A stretch of 64,000 bases of DNA from Octopus sinensis (lineage: Eukaryota). The stretch's first letter is position 1. Every line of letters starts with the position of its first letter. Under the pieces are notes generated by a model. The model was not told where the DNA came from, did no database searches, and was given only the letters and a program-made list of their open reading frames with translations. Below, in pieces: positions 22,230-35,893 of this stretch. The stretch is taken from contig NC_043004.1 of assembly GCF_006345805.1 (NCBI RefSeq), positions 72,044,001 through 72,108,000 of the forward strand, in the 5' to 3' direction. The translations under genes were made by a program, and so were the position numbers.

Positions 22230-25200
22230 GAACAGAAGTATATGTTAGCATCATTATCTTTTTGGATTTGGGATTTGAAAATATCCCTACTACTTCTTTC
22301 AAAATCAAATGGAAGATCCTAAACTAGTGCAGACAATATAAAGATAGATGTGAGAACTGCTCCATTCGGAAAAAAATCTTACCAATTACGAAATTATCTA
22401 AATCATTAACAGAAATCATTAACAGAAGACTTCGATATGGTGAATACCTTCGACAGTGCTGCCTCATCGCGCCACCTTTAGTCGAACAAATCGACCCCAG
22501 GACTTATTCTTTGTAAGCCTAGTACTTATCTCCATCTTCCTTTTTAAATTCGTTTACTTATTTTTATATATCTTGTAGTTTTAAATTTGTTATTTGTGCT
22601 TATATATCATCATTTTTATTTTTCTACATGATACATGTTTTCACCAAAGGACATAATATTACTATATAACGAATCGTAGCCCTTACAATTCTCGTTTACA
22701 TTCTTATGAACTGTAAACCCTACATCTTTAAACACATCTAGATGTTTATCAACACAAAAACTTTGCATGTTATACTACTGACTGTTATATTTCAAATGAT
22801 ACACTGTAAATAAATGGGTAGAATATTTACATATAAAGATATTTTTACAGGAAAATTTCTCTGAGATACCATTTGCATAAAAAGCATACGATTACATTAA
22901 GTTCAACATAATGTAATTAGCAACACAGAATAATTAATAAATTCGTCGTGTCTCTGCTTTATAAAGGGAATCTATAATACAAGAGCATACCCTACATACT
23001 ACGTTGTACAATAAAGGTTTTAATAAATTAAGTATTTTTTTATCCCTTAACAGCCTTGCTATGTAACTGGCTCATGGTTTGTCTCTTAATTACGGGTACA
23101 GTTAAAATTAATGAAATATCATTCCTAGACGCTACATTGTGTATATTAATCTTCTGCTAACTGTATTGAAACGTATCCATCTCGTTGGTTTCGGAGCTTT
23201 CATCCACCATGCATTGCTAACATGACAATGAGTAAATCGAAACTCAAAGCAGTTGCTCAAATTATTAGGAATTACAACCAAATCTTTACCATATCACACT
23301 TCATGATTTTAGAACTCATCTGGATAATTTAGCTTTTATTGAACACTGTCTGCAAAGACGAAATGATAATGACTGCAGTTTTGAGAATGTAAAAGGTTAC
23401 TTAATCCAGGCTCCAACCAACCTGTTGTTAAAACACAATAACAAAAACACTAGACTTCCAAGATTCTAAGATGTCTTCTGTTAAAATGGTATACATTTCT
23501 CTGAATTTGCTATCAGTACTCAAACTTATTTTTCAGGTGCTCTTCATTACAAATTCTACAATAATTTTTATTCATATGTTTTGAAATTAGTGACAAGTTT
23601 AGACTTTGTAAGGTAGATGAACATGCATCAAACCAACTTTAATACATAACTTAGGCACCTCTATCAAGCGAAGCTAAATCAAACTGTATGTGGTCCTGGC
23701 CAGATCCTAACGCAGAGGTCAGGGTAAAGAATACTTTGAAGAACATTGTTCCGAAACTGGAATGAGAATTTGAGATGTCCATGCCTTTCTCGGAGGACAT
23801 TATCGACATTTACATCAATCCAAAATACAAGCTTAATCACACCTTCATTTTCATCATAATATTTACTTCCTACAATTACCTCTTATCTCTGACCACTCCT
23901 CTTTCAAGAGCCTTATTAATAATTCGTGTAGTACAAAATAGATAAAAGAAATAAGCAAACTGACAGCTATCAATATATTGCGAAGTTAGAATCCATTTCT
24001 TTTGTTCCCCAAGTGTGTAAGTACATGGGACTTGTTTCAAGTAATTTATTTGCGTAGGTCGGTGGACAGAAGTGAACATTGATCGGAAAACGAAGCTTAT
24101 GATTAAACTGATGTTACATTTATTTATATCAAAACTCTCCGAAGAGAAAGAAAAAAAAACGTGTTCAAGAAAACTAAAATAGCCTGACGACAACTAGGTT
24201 TAGAGATGTTCATATCTTTACAAAGGTGGAAAAGAATTGACGATATTGTTTTAAGAAGATTTCTTTCTTGACGGCAGAGTTAAATCGACTGGTTTCATCG
24301 ATCTGTGTCAGAACGACGATAAAAGATAAACAAAACAAGCCCGTTTACGGAAACTGGAAAAAAAAGCATCAAGTGGCAGATCTTGTTTGTAGTGAGACAC
24401 TTTTGTTTCAGCGAATTTCGAGTAGAAGTGAATATTACAGAGCAACTCTTTAACAGTCATGAATCTCAAAGGTAAGTGAATTAATATTATTAGAAATTGA
24501 ATGAGAGATTATAACCACAATTGCTAAAATTCAGTGTCGGAAAACACTGTCATTGATTTCTGCTTTCATAACATTTGTTTTGCCATTACCATTTTCCATC
24601 TTCAAAGAGAGGGGAAGAGAAGCCGGTGGGTTTGTAGAAGTTATTCACCGACTGATAACAATATCGTTTGTAATCTTACGTTCCGCTTTCGAATCCTACA
24701 AAGTTTTTCGTTCATCTAATGTCAACTATTTGGTCATTATCGATTATAGAAATCATTTCTTTATTTTTAGACAGAGGGCAGTAACTAGGCAAGAAGTCAA
24801 TCACTCGAACTAAATGCCACTATCTAATCTCTATTCGACTTGCCCTTTCGTATGTAACGAGACGATAATAGAAGCTCAAGTAACATACAGAAATTCTATC
24901 CAGACGGTTATATAATTTCGCTTTACAAAACTGTGTCTTAGTACATTTGTAAGAAAGTATTATCATTTCTTTAAATATTTCTTTACAACCCACAAGGGGC
25001 TACGCACAGAGGGAACAAACAAGGACAGGCGAAGAGATTAAGACGATTACATTGACCCCAGTGCGCAACTGATACTTATTTAATCGACCCCGAAAAGATG
25101 AAAGTCAAAGTCGACCTCGGCGGAATTTAAACTCAGAACGTAAAGGCAGACGAAATACGGCTACGCATTTCGCCCAGCGTGCTAACGTTTCTGCCAGCTC

Positions 25201-25890
25201 GCCGCTTTAGTGAGTGTTATTTAAACCTATTGAATGGAACGGAGCGGTTGGGTAAAATATTTCTTCTGAACATTGTAACACGCGGTCTACATCTGGATAT
25301 GAACCTATGCGATTTTACAATTATTATTCAGTCTCATGCTTCAGATTAAACGTTTCTAAATTTTGACACTTCTTGTTTCTGCAAATGCAAGTTTACACTA
25401 CGACTACAATTAGAAAATTAGTTGTACTAGGACTGGATCCCAACATTGTGGAAGGCCTTCAAAAACACGAAGATATACCACGCATGTGTTTCATTGACTT
25501 AGCATTTGCTTCGATGTTCAACCTTAGAAACTGTGAGAAGAATTACGTTAATTGAAACACAGCAATTAATTTGTCTCTAAGAATGAAATATTTTTTCCTC
25601 AGATAATTCGTTCCATGCATTGCAGACATGGGAAGTGAATGAGATAATCCGGTATTCTTTAGTATCTTGCCAGATATAAAATATTTTCCAAAGGTTTCGG
25701 AAGGGTTTTTATTATAACTCTTTGGTATGTTATCATAAGAAATGTTGAATGCAGATATATCTTTGCTTCAGAGTTCGGAATTTTTATTTACGGACGATAT
25801 CATAATTCTTACCTTTTAATCGATGTAATCGATGGGTGCTTCTTCCTAATGCATGTTTATGGGTTCATATTTATGTTTATGTTCCATTAG
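22230..25890. pseudogene. Decayed unidentified block C (copy 1)
   Basis: Colinear with 60975-64000. Minus-strand frames 23876..24193 and 62175..62444 are homologous (RPTQIN.LKQV..YT..EQKKWILTSQYIDSC). SINE insertion at 24985-25208. Confidence 0.45.
24985..25208 (-). mobile_element. Meta-core SINE
   Basis: Reverse complement of the 5035-5250 family; absent from the paralog at ~63250. Confidence 0.85.
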
Positions 25891-26089
25891 AGTTGCCAAA
25901 ATAATTCCGAATTTTTTCACTTCCCTTTCACTTCGAAGTTTCCGGTGCGTAAATGCCTTGAAACCGTTTCGTCATTTTTTGACGCACAAAAAAAGATTCT
26001 ATTGCAGCTTATAGTTTGTCGATAAAATCCCTTACATGACTAATATTGGGATACTCTAAACAGAAAAGCAATAGACAAAGCAACCATAA

Positions 26090-26643
<554 letters not shown>

Positions 26644-27419
26644 CAAACATGACGGACATGTACGAGCGAGCTCCTTGCGAAGTTAGATTAAAGCTGTCAT
26701 CATTGTCGAACAGGATTTAAGAAACAGCCAAAACATGAAAGAACATTGGTCCCAAATGTAAATTAGATCAGGATACCGAAAAATTATCTTTCTCAACTAT
26801 GAAATATTGGTGCTGTCAGGCACATTGTCACAGACAAACAAGCACTGATGCGACTTACCTATACATGAGTTGAAGCAATATGCGAGAATGCGATGTCGCT
26901 ACAGAAAAAGCACTGAGTACAAATAATAATCGTATATGTAATCTCATCTTTACACAAAATGTAATGTTTATATAATTCACACATGCACCCGTATATTTCG
27001 TGCATGAACAAGACAACTTAGAGCACACAGTGTTTAAACAAATTAAGAGATACATAATAATAATAACAATAAATATAAAATGTAACAGGTCTCATTCTAA
27101 ATGGATAAAAAGAAGATATGCTCGGAAATGAAACTTCGAAAACAAATACAGGATAATTTCTATCTATGAGCTTGAAGCGCTTAAGATACGAAAACGAAAA
27201 TAGCATACAACCAGAGACGGTGATCGGCGGAAACGTTACCTCTGAACAGGAATACCTTGCTATTAATTTCACTGCCCAAGCGGAAAACAAAATCGAAAGA
27301 GAACGGTGGGCAGATGAGGACAGTAGCTGGATGAAAGATAGAATCTCAAGACGGTTACAATACCAGTGATTGTGGAACCAGTAAAGGAACTAAAAGTTAT
27401 CTGAGAATGATCCCTGGAT

Positions 27420-27620
27420 TACCATTCATGCAGGGTGCACAAAAGATAGTATTAAGTGTTAACTGCAAACGCAAACAGACTGTATATGAAAAGAAAGAAT
27501 GGTGGCAGACGACTCATTAGTATAGACCATTGTATCGGGAGTGAAACGAGAACGCTTACCGAGTATGTAACAAATAAGGACGAAGATCTGCTGCAATATA
27601 CCGGAACCCATATTATTATT
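27420..27620 (+). mobile_element. R4/Dong LINE internal fragment
   Basis: Translation ANANRLYMKRKNGGRRLISI (cf. RLY..R..GGRGL). Confidence 0.6.
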
Positions 27621-28129
27621 ATTGACATTTTTAAATGCTATAGGTAGAACGATGGTTGTAGTGATAATCATTGTGGTTATGAAGGCGACACAATGCAAGC
27701 ACTTTATTTATATACATGTGTGTATGTACATACATGTGCACGTGTATATACAAATGAAAAGAGGAAGAGAGAGATGAAATCTCAATACCAACTCTCGTGG
27801 GAACCCCTCGAACGACTCTTGAAATCATGATGCAACACAAGGTAAGAATTAACGACGAGAATGAAGCTATAGCCGACCATTGTGAAGGTTTCTGCCTGGC
27901 ACGTCCGAAACCTCCGGCATCAGGGGCGGTGATCTGGCCTCGGACGGTCGTTATGTCACAACATATACGGTGTTCGCTAAAACAGACGTATGTGGACGAA
28001 GGAAAAGTACGATGCTCTTATTGAATGTCATGAAAGAGTAAAGCTGGAAAGAAGTCGTGGAATAGGCCGATGTACCTTGAAATTTTGGACGGTAAAGAAC
28101 ATGTATCAAATGAAAATAAACTTATGAAC

Positions 28130-28445
28130 CAAGTGAGAGTTGTTGTTTGTTCCCTCTCGAGCCATGACTGGCTCATAAGTGCCGGTTTCTCGGTTTCTTG
28201 GCGTATAGGTTCCCACCTGGACGGGACGCCGGTCCGTCGCAGCTAAGCTGCAAGATGCAGGAGGAAAGAGTGAGAGAAAGTTGTGGAGAAAGAGTCGGCA
28301 GAAGTTCGCCATTACCTTCTGCCGGAGCCGCGTGGAGCTTAGGTGTTTCGTTCATAAACACACGCATCGTCCGGTCTAAGATTCGAATCCGCAATCCCTC
28401 CACCGCGAGTCCGCTGCTCTAACCACTAGGCCATGTTCCTCCACA
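28130..28445 (-). mobile_element. tRNA-derived SINE
   Basis: Reverse complement begins TGGCCTAGTGGTTAGAGCAGCGGACTCGCGG..GGATTCGAATC. Confidence 0.75.
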
Positions 28446-28883
28446 AGTGAGAGTGGTTAGAAGAAAGGGTTATTTAACAGGAGTAGAAATATTTCAAATT
28501 TGTGAGAGTCTGAGGGACTCTGCGGATGGGCTACAAAGGATGGTCGGAGTTGAAAAGAGAGAGGTAGGAGTTGAAAGCAGAGAGTAGTAGATAGGAGGAA
28601 CAGGGAATGGAGATAGGAGTATGGGAAATAAAGTAACACAAAAGATTAATACTGTCGTAACATACATCCAAACGGAGGACATAATACAAACAAGGAATCT
28701 TCTCAGAGCTATTGCGCTTCTTGTTAAAGAGAAATTACAACTTGAGAACAAAAAATGGTTGTACTCTTATATATTTAAGAGATGAAGAATTATGTATATT
28801 ATTTACATTTGACGGATATTTATCCTCATCTTCTTTCTTGTTAACACAAAGTTTCGGCTGATATACCCCCCGGCCTTCATGAC

Positions 28884-28960
28884 GGGCATATGGCGTAGTG
28901 GTTAAGAGCGCAGGCTACTAACCGCAAGATTCCGAATTCGATTCCAGGCAGTGATCTGAC
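28884..28960 (+). mobile_element. Short tRNA-like SINE/pseudo-tRNA followed by (TAA)n
   Basis: TGGCGTAGTGG box A, CTACTAA loop and TTCGATTCC box B; second copy on the minus strand at ~41655-41700. Confidence 0.6.
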
Positions 28961-28983
28961 TATTAATAATAATAATAATAATG

Positions 28984-29042
<59 letters not shown>

Positions 29043-29043
29043 G

Positions 29044-29111
<68 letters not shown>

Positions 29112-29353
29112 TGTCCTGATACAGTATAATTGCCCGGATACATTACCAGGCAGTGGCTCTCATGGCTTCTGATCTTAACTGATTGGAAGTGTTATCATGT
29201 ACATTGTTTTTGTTTGGTATAAAAGATGGGCGACAGCAAATATTCTGCTCAATACCACAGATTAGCTTGTCAGTTGTTTGACCTTAACCATGTCAAATCT
29301 GTTTGACTGCCTTTCATTTGCATTTTCAATTTATTTTATTCTGTATTATATAC

Positions 29354-29438
<85 letters not shown>

Positions 29439-29529
29439 TGTGTATTATGTATATATATATATACTAGTCTAAGCACATAAAAGGGAAACAAGGCGGAAAA
29501 AACAGTACTGGAATACCGGACCTAGAGTA

Positions 29530-29696
29530 ATATGCTTTATTAAAGACCAGCGAAAATATCACAAAAACTGTTACTTTGGTTTGCACGTTTCCGTTCGTCT
29601 GACAGTTTTCTTTAGATTCTACACAAAACTGTCAGACAAACGGGGACTTAAAACTCTGAGAACAGTTTTTGTGATATTTTTGCTGCTTTTTTATAA

Positions 29697-29702
<6 letters not shown>
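29530..29702. repeat. Inverted pair of Penelope-like terminal fragments (hairpin) with decayed hammerhead motifs
   Basis: Arms ATCACAAAAACTGT...TCTGACAGTTTT and AAAACTGTCAGAC...ACAGTTTTTGTGAT; same family as 12480-12565. Confidence 0.65.
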
Positions 29703-29764
<62 letters not shown>

Positions 29765-29860
29765 CGTGTGTGTGTGTGTGTATGTGTGTGCGCGTGTGCG
29801 CGTGTGTGTAAGTATATATGTGTATATGTATGTATGTATATGTATATGTATATTTTTCAG

Positions 29861-30190
29861 GAGTGGAAACGTCAATTCAATATCGCCTGATACTCAAATT
29901 GTTGCAAGCCTTCACACTAATATTGGTCGTCACTCAGATAAGTTGCAAGGCAGAGTATAAAGAAAGTCAGTTCAAAAGACTTACTAAATCAAAATGCTTA
30001 TTAGACGGAACTAAAATAACTGAGAAGACGGCATCTCGTATCCAGTGTGCAATTTGCTGCTTATCAAACGCTGACTGTGGATATTTCAGCTATTGTAATG
30101 GCGTATGTCACATGCATCAACTGTTTTACAGCGGAGAACTGAAAGATTCTGATTGCGACTGTTCATCGTATATTTTGCTCAAGGAAAACT
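29861..30190 (+). CDS. PAN-family gene copy 2, signal peptide + PAN/Apple domain exon
   Basis: tttttcAG acceptor and GTatgt donor; 330 nt, phase 1-1. A hydrophobic leader LILKLLQAFTLILVVTQISCKA precedes SRIQCAICCLSNADCGYFSYCNGVCHMH, which has PAN-type Cys spacing. Confidence 0.88.
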
Positions 30191-30751
30191 GTATGTAAAG
30201 CATATTTTCTTTGTCTTTTGCGACGTTTGTGTTATATTTCCATCATTTACTTAACCTCATACATACATAAATACATACAAACATACACACGGATGTGTAA
30301 CTTTGATAAGGCCATGTCTAACTCAATAGCACCACCTGGTGAAGTCTTTTAGTAATATATGGGGCACCATGGCCCACAAAGAGTTATTATTGTTGGAGAC
30401 ATATCCAGTTGTAGGAAGTTGGTCTGGGATTTTTTGAAGAAATTTGTCCAGAGAACTTTTTAATTTTATGGGATCCATTTCCATTTTGATGTATTTTGGT
30501 ATGGTCTTAAAGAGAGCTGAACCGTTTGAGGTTTGAGGTAATATTGTTATATGTCGTGAGTGCGATTTTTGATGTGGGCATATAGCACGGGTACCAAGTC
30601 TTGTGTGGATTTTAAAATTTGTGCAATATTAATGGAATATTTTTCCACATCACACAAATAATGTGGGGCTACCAGCCACTCTGGAGAGAGTAGAGATTTA
30701 ATTTTTTCGTCGACCCCAATAGTCAACACCTGTCATGCTGTCTATCTTTCT

Positions 30752-30839
<88 letters not shown>

Positions 30840-31039
30840 GAACATATATTCCGCCGAGGTCGACTTTGCTTTCATCCTTTCGTGGGTCGATAAATCAAGT
30901 AGCAGTTGCGTACAGGGGTAGATCTAATCGACTGGCGCCCTCCCCCAAAATTTAGAGCATTGTCCCTAGAGTAGAAACGAATATATATATATGTACATGT
31001 GCCCCAGCTTGGCCACAACTCGTGAGCTGAAACTAGATG

Positions 31040-31083
<44 letters not shown>

Positions 31084-31249
31084 GTATATATATGTGTGTG
31101 TGTGTGTGTGTATGTTAATACAGAGAGAGACAGACAGACAGACACACGGAGACATAGCGAGAGAGAGAGACAGAGAGAGAAAGAGACAGAGATTATTTGA
31201 AGTAGTGTACAAATTTTATATATTATGAAAAAACGCTTGTCAGTTGCTG

Positions 31250-32140
31250 TTGCAGCCAGAGCATATTGACAGGTGTTAATCTGCCAGAATGTGGCCTCAT
31301 CACACTGTTGTAAATATTCATCACCAATTTTGTTAACAGCTTTTAATACCGTATCTTACTTTGGTATAGAATACTCTCTCCTCGAGAGAGTACTTCAAAG
31401 CCAAAGTTATATTTTCTCGGGAAATTTCAGCAAGAGCACATTTCACGCCAATATAAATTTTCTTTGCAATTGGGAATCGTTATGCAGTATATTATATTTT
31501 ATGTCTTCCATTAGTTTGGAAGGAGAACCCATTTTCAAAATTTATATTGGACCTACAGTCGAGATATTTGATGTTGTTGTTGTTGCTACATATTCCACAT
31601 CTATTGTCTCCGCTGAACTTCACGGATAATTCTTAATTATTTTCTGATGTGAATTTTGCTCTCGTGAGATGGATTTTAGGATGTTTTGATTGGCTTTTAC
31701 CGTTCTTTATGAGATTTTCATGAAGCAGATTTTTCTATTTTAGAGCGTTTTAGTAGTATTGATCGATTTGCTTTTGTTTATATACACACACACACGCACA
31801 CACACAATTTCGGTGTGTGTCCGTATTTTTGTAATATATACCCGTTGTTACTATGGAGTTGCATATTTCTATGTGAATATTTATGAATTGTAAAACTTTA
31901 CGGCTAAGTTCAGACGTGAATTTGATGGATGCGTGAAGGATGTTCAGAATGTTATTGAATGTTTGTAGATTTGGTTTCTCCCACCAAATTAATTCAGTCA
32001 TCTAGTAATCGGAAAATTTGGTCAAAAGTTTTCTCCACACCCTCCTATTACTTTTCTTTTGATATAAAAATCATCACCAGGTTGGCATACGTGGATGCAA
32101 CTTTTGTCTCTGAGGCTGTACCACTTATTTTTCAATATCT
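31250..32140 (-). mobile_element. Penelope-like element RT / GIY-YIG remnant
   Basis: Translations STYANLV and FNNILNILHASIKFTSELS...FINIHI...TTGIYYKNTDTH are typical of the PLE RT thumb. Confidence 0.75.
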
Positions 32141-32814
32141 TTAACATCAAAGTTAGAAATGTTCTACTTTTTTGTCAGGCATGTGGCTTTACTAATGAAA
32201 TTTGTTTTCAAACGATCATTTATCTTCATTCAATGTTTTTTTTTTACCTAATGTTTGATTGTTTTCAGAGCCAAAGTGTACGGCTTATTCAACATTATTT
32301 TGTATCTGTAACTACTCATATATCAAAAATTACGCTAAGAATCGAAACAATTGTATGTAATTTTTATTTAATATTTGTTATTTATTATATAATATCATTT
32401 GAAGAATATAATATAGTATCATAACATGTGAAATCAATTTATAGGTTCATTAATAAAGAATCTCGAGTTTGAAATTAACTATAAGTAATTGTTGTTTTCA
32501 CTCTCTTTTGGAATTACTTTTTTTCATGATCTGAGTTTGACTGCCATCTCTAGCATGTAAGGTGTCCTGTAAATCATCAGCTCTCTGTGTACAAATACTA
32601 TACACTTTTGTGTGTGTGTGTGTGTGTGTGTGAGTAAATATTCATATAACTATTATTGTTACTATTATTATGATTATCAGCAGTAAATGTATAGATAATA
32701 ATAACCATAACAATAATATTAGTGGTGAGCATGCATGATACAGGTATATCCGTTACCTCATTCCACAGCTTTCATCTGAGTTAGTATGTTGAATTGCTTT
32801 GTTCCTTAGGGAGC

Positions 32815-33040
32815 CAGATAATATCCTTTCTACTGAAGGCACAAGGCCTGAAATTTGTGGGAAGGGGACTAATCGATTACATCGACCCCAATATTTCACT
32901 GATACTTAATTTATCGGCCTTGAAATGATGAAAGGCAAAGTCGAACAATGCGGAATTTGAACTCGGAACATAGTAGTAGACGAAATATCACTATGCATTT
33001 CGGTCGATGTGCTGAGGATGTTGCCAGATCACCGGCTTAA
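32815..33040 (-). mobile_element. Meta-core SINE
   Basis: Reverse-complement core GATGAAAGGCAAAGTCGA...GGAATTTGAACTC. Confidence 0.75.
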
Positions 33041-33232
33041 TAATTATATAATAATAACCTAAAATGAACCTTAGGAAATATGTTACATTGTAATTAATAA
33101 TTTTAAAATTAATTCAGTATTTATCCCTGTACTCTTTGCCACATACTCCCTTTAAAATCGTAATATGGCTTTTTCAAATCCTATCTTTGCTATTACATCT
33201 AAATCATTGATAACCGTTTATGGCTATTTCAG

Positions 33233-33324
33233 CTGAAAACCGGCAGAAAGTGTTTAAGATGACCGAAAAAACATTTTACAAAAGTCCTATATATTTATAC
33301 TGGGACAGTTTGCCAATTGAAAAG
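33233..33324 (+). CDS. PAN-family gene copy 2, exon (SENRQKVFKMTEKTFYKSPIYLYWDSLPIEK)
   Basis: tatttcAG acceptor and AAG/GTaaca donor. At 92 nt and phase 1-0 it exactly bridges the PAN exon and the FNGTG exon; too short for the ORF track. Confidence 0.85.
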
Positions 33325-33699
33325 GTAACACATTTTTGCAATTTCAAAATTATTGGTATTTAACTAACAATTTTTTAGGTCCTTATCTCTTGTCTTATTT
33401 TCATGCATATCAATTCTATAACTAAATTATCCAGAGTTCTATTATCCGACGAGTACAATCAGAGACAGATTTGACTTCCATTTCTAGCAGATTAGGTGAC
33501 CACAGAAACTCATTCTGTTGTAAGATGTTGACAGTAGAATTAAATGTTGCATAAGATCATATGAAATAGAATATAAGATGTTTCTATAACAACTGAATTG
33601 ACACACACACACACACAAACTCTTGTTAACGTATATCCTCTTTGGTTCTTTCTTAAAGTTAAAAACTCATACATACCATGCTATGTTGTTTTCTTCTGT

Positions 33700-35190
33700 T
33701 CTAATGCTATGCTGTGTTCACATCCAATCAGTCTTCTTTCCCCTCTCTTTCTTGGTATATACATTGTGTCTGTGTCACTTTTTCGGTGGTGTGCCCATAT
33801 CAGTCAACAAATTTCTTGTCTTTTTTCTAAGCTGTTTAGTTCGTCTACTGTCCATGTGATTACCCCTGCTCCATATATAAGGGGTGAAACCGCCCAGGTG
33901 TTGATAGCGTCAATCTTATTCAATCCGTTTAATTTAGACTTAAGCATCTGTCTCATTCTGCGCAAGTAATTTATTTCTCCATAAATTTATCCATTTCCAA
34001 AATCCACAAGTACTTATAGCCCGTCTCTTCTATCTGCTTCATAACTTCCGCCGACGGTATCGCTAGCCCGTCCATACATTTGATTTCGCCTCTCTTCAAG
34101 GCTAACACACCACACTTTATCAGTCCGAACTCCATTCTGATATCAGCATTGAAAGTATACACTCTATCAACGAATCAGTGTTAGTGGTATCATGCACTGT
34201 ACAAAGATTGGTGGAGACTGGCAGTTCCCGTGAAAGATGCCTCTCCTGATTTCCATTGTCCCTTAACCTCTGTCAGTGCAATCCTCCATTTCGCCATACT
34301 TTTTCTAAGCAATCGCTCAACATTCAATGCTATACCAAATAAGTTCAAACATTTCATAATCCATAATCACATTGAACGCCTTATTATAATTGATCCACGA
34401 CATGGCTACGTTAGTTTTCCTCCTCTTGCAGTCTTTCAGTACAGTTTTGTCTACCAGGAGTTGATCCGTGGTGCCTCTGCACATACGGTTGCAATCTTTC
34501 TGCTCATGTAGCAGGACTTCATTTTATCAGATGATCGCACGTTGACTGTGAGTAATCCAGTCAATTTCCACATAAGTGGCAAGCAGGATATCGGCCTATA
34601 ATTTTCTGCCATATTGCCTTTTTCGATGTTTTTCAAGAGCAGCACTGTTCTACCCATGGTCAACCACTCTGGTGTTCCATGGTCGACATTTAACAAGGTG
34701 TTAAGTTGTGTAGCTATTCGTGCATGATATTCACCAAATCGTTTGATCAAGTAGCCTTAAACTCCATCTAGTCCCGGAGCCTTCCAGTTGCTCGTTTTTC
34801 TACTGATTTCCTTCGCTTCCTTAACTGGAATGACAAGTTCTGCCTGTTTTGCACAGACTACTGTCTGTTTCAGTTCTTGCAACCATTCAGCATCCTTCTT
34901 GTGACCTTGTCTTTGCTCTACATGTTACTTCAAAATCTTTGACATTCAATATCATCTGGAATCAACTTTTTATCTGTACATTCTCACATTATTTCTTTGT
35001 AGAATCCTTTCTGTTTTAATCTGAATAGACTATTCTGCTGGTATCCCTTCATTCTTTGGTCGTATCTTACCATCTTTGCTTTCTTTGCAACGAGTCGCTG
35101 TTTCAGTTCATTCATTACCACTTTCAGGCCCTTTCTTTCAATATTATACTTCCTATTCACTGCACTGTGTTCATTTTAATCTCCTCATTC
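33700..35190 (-). mobile_element. R4/Dong LINE RT region, decayed
   Basis: Translations TPEWLTMGRTVLL.K...NYRPISCLPLMWKL and DIRMEFGLIKC...YKYL.ILE. Confidence 0.85.
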
Positions 35191-35199
35191 TTTATTGTT

Positions 35200-35201
35200 A
35201 C

Positions 35202-35253
<52 letters not shown>

Positions 35254-35820
35254 GAGTGAGAGAACAGTGCATGCTATCAAAGTGGCAGTGGGATAAAATA
35301 TACGAATCACTGTATACCCATTCTGACTACCCGTCTAATAAGGGTTTACCAGGCACATGCATTACAGCTATATGTGCACAACATGGTGATTGCATATCGA
35401 GATAAACAGCATAAGACCTTGCAGGTGCCGACTAATTAGAATTTGCTCCCTGTCGAATAGACCATTGCACTCAAACGGACCCTGAATAGGAGTTGTTTAA
35501 GGATGTTAAACAAAACACCCTTGTTTCCAAAGATAAATTATCCAAACTCCAAGGAATTCCTTTCAACATATGCCTATGATGCTCCCCCACTACTTCTGCT
35601 CGTGATCAGAGATGCACATATCGTCCGTCACTAAGGGACATGCTCAACTGGTTAAGGTCAAACAAATGACAAGCAAATCTGTGGTATTGAGCATAATATT
35701 TGCTGTAGCCCATCTTTTATACCAAGACAAAACAATGTACATGATTACACTTCCAGTAAGTTATGACCACAAGCCATGAGAGCCACTACCTGGTATTGCG
35801 TCAGGACATTTACTGCCTGG
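35200..35820 (-). mobile_element. R4/Dong LINE 3' region with (TAA)n tail
   Basis: Homologous to 901-1262 and to 29115-29295. Confidence 0.65.
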
Positions 35821-35832
35821 TACTGAGACAAA

Positions 35833-35893
35833 ATTAAAGTGCAAAATAAAGCGGTTGCCTTGCAAGGCAAACCGCTTTATTTTGCACTTTAAT
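35833..35893. repeat. 61-bp near-perfect palindrome
   Basis: ATTAAAGTGCAAAATAAAGCGGTTGCCTTG|CAAGGCAAACCGCTTTATTTTGCACTTTAAT; one bulged base, no loop. Confidence 0.9.

Noticed and set aside
25373-25555. IRKLVVLGLD resembling a very-large-GTPase (GVIN/URGCP) P-loop lead-in
   Set aside because: No GxxxxGKS follows in either copy.
28884-28960. Functional tRNA-Ser(ACT)
   Set aside because: Acceptor and T stems pair poorly, the anticodon is atypical and a (TAA)n tail follows; treated as a SINE or pseudo-tRNA.
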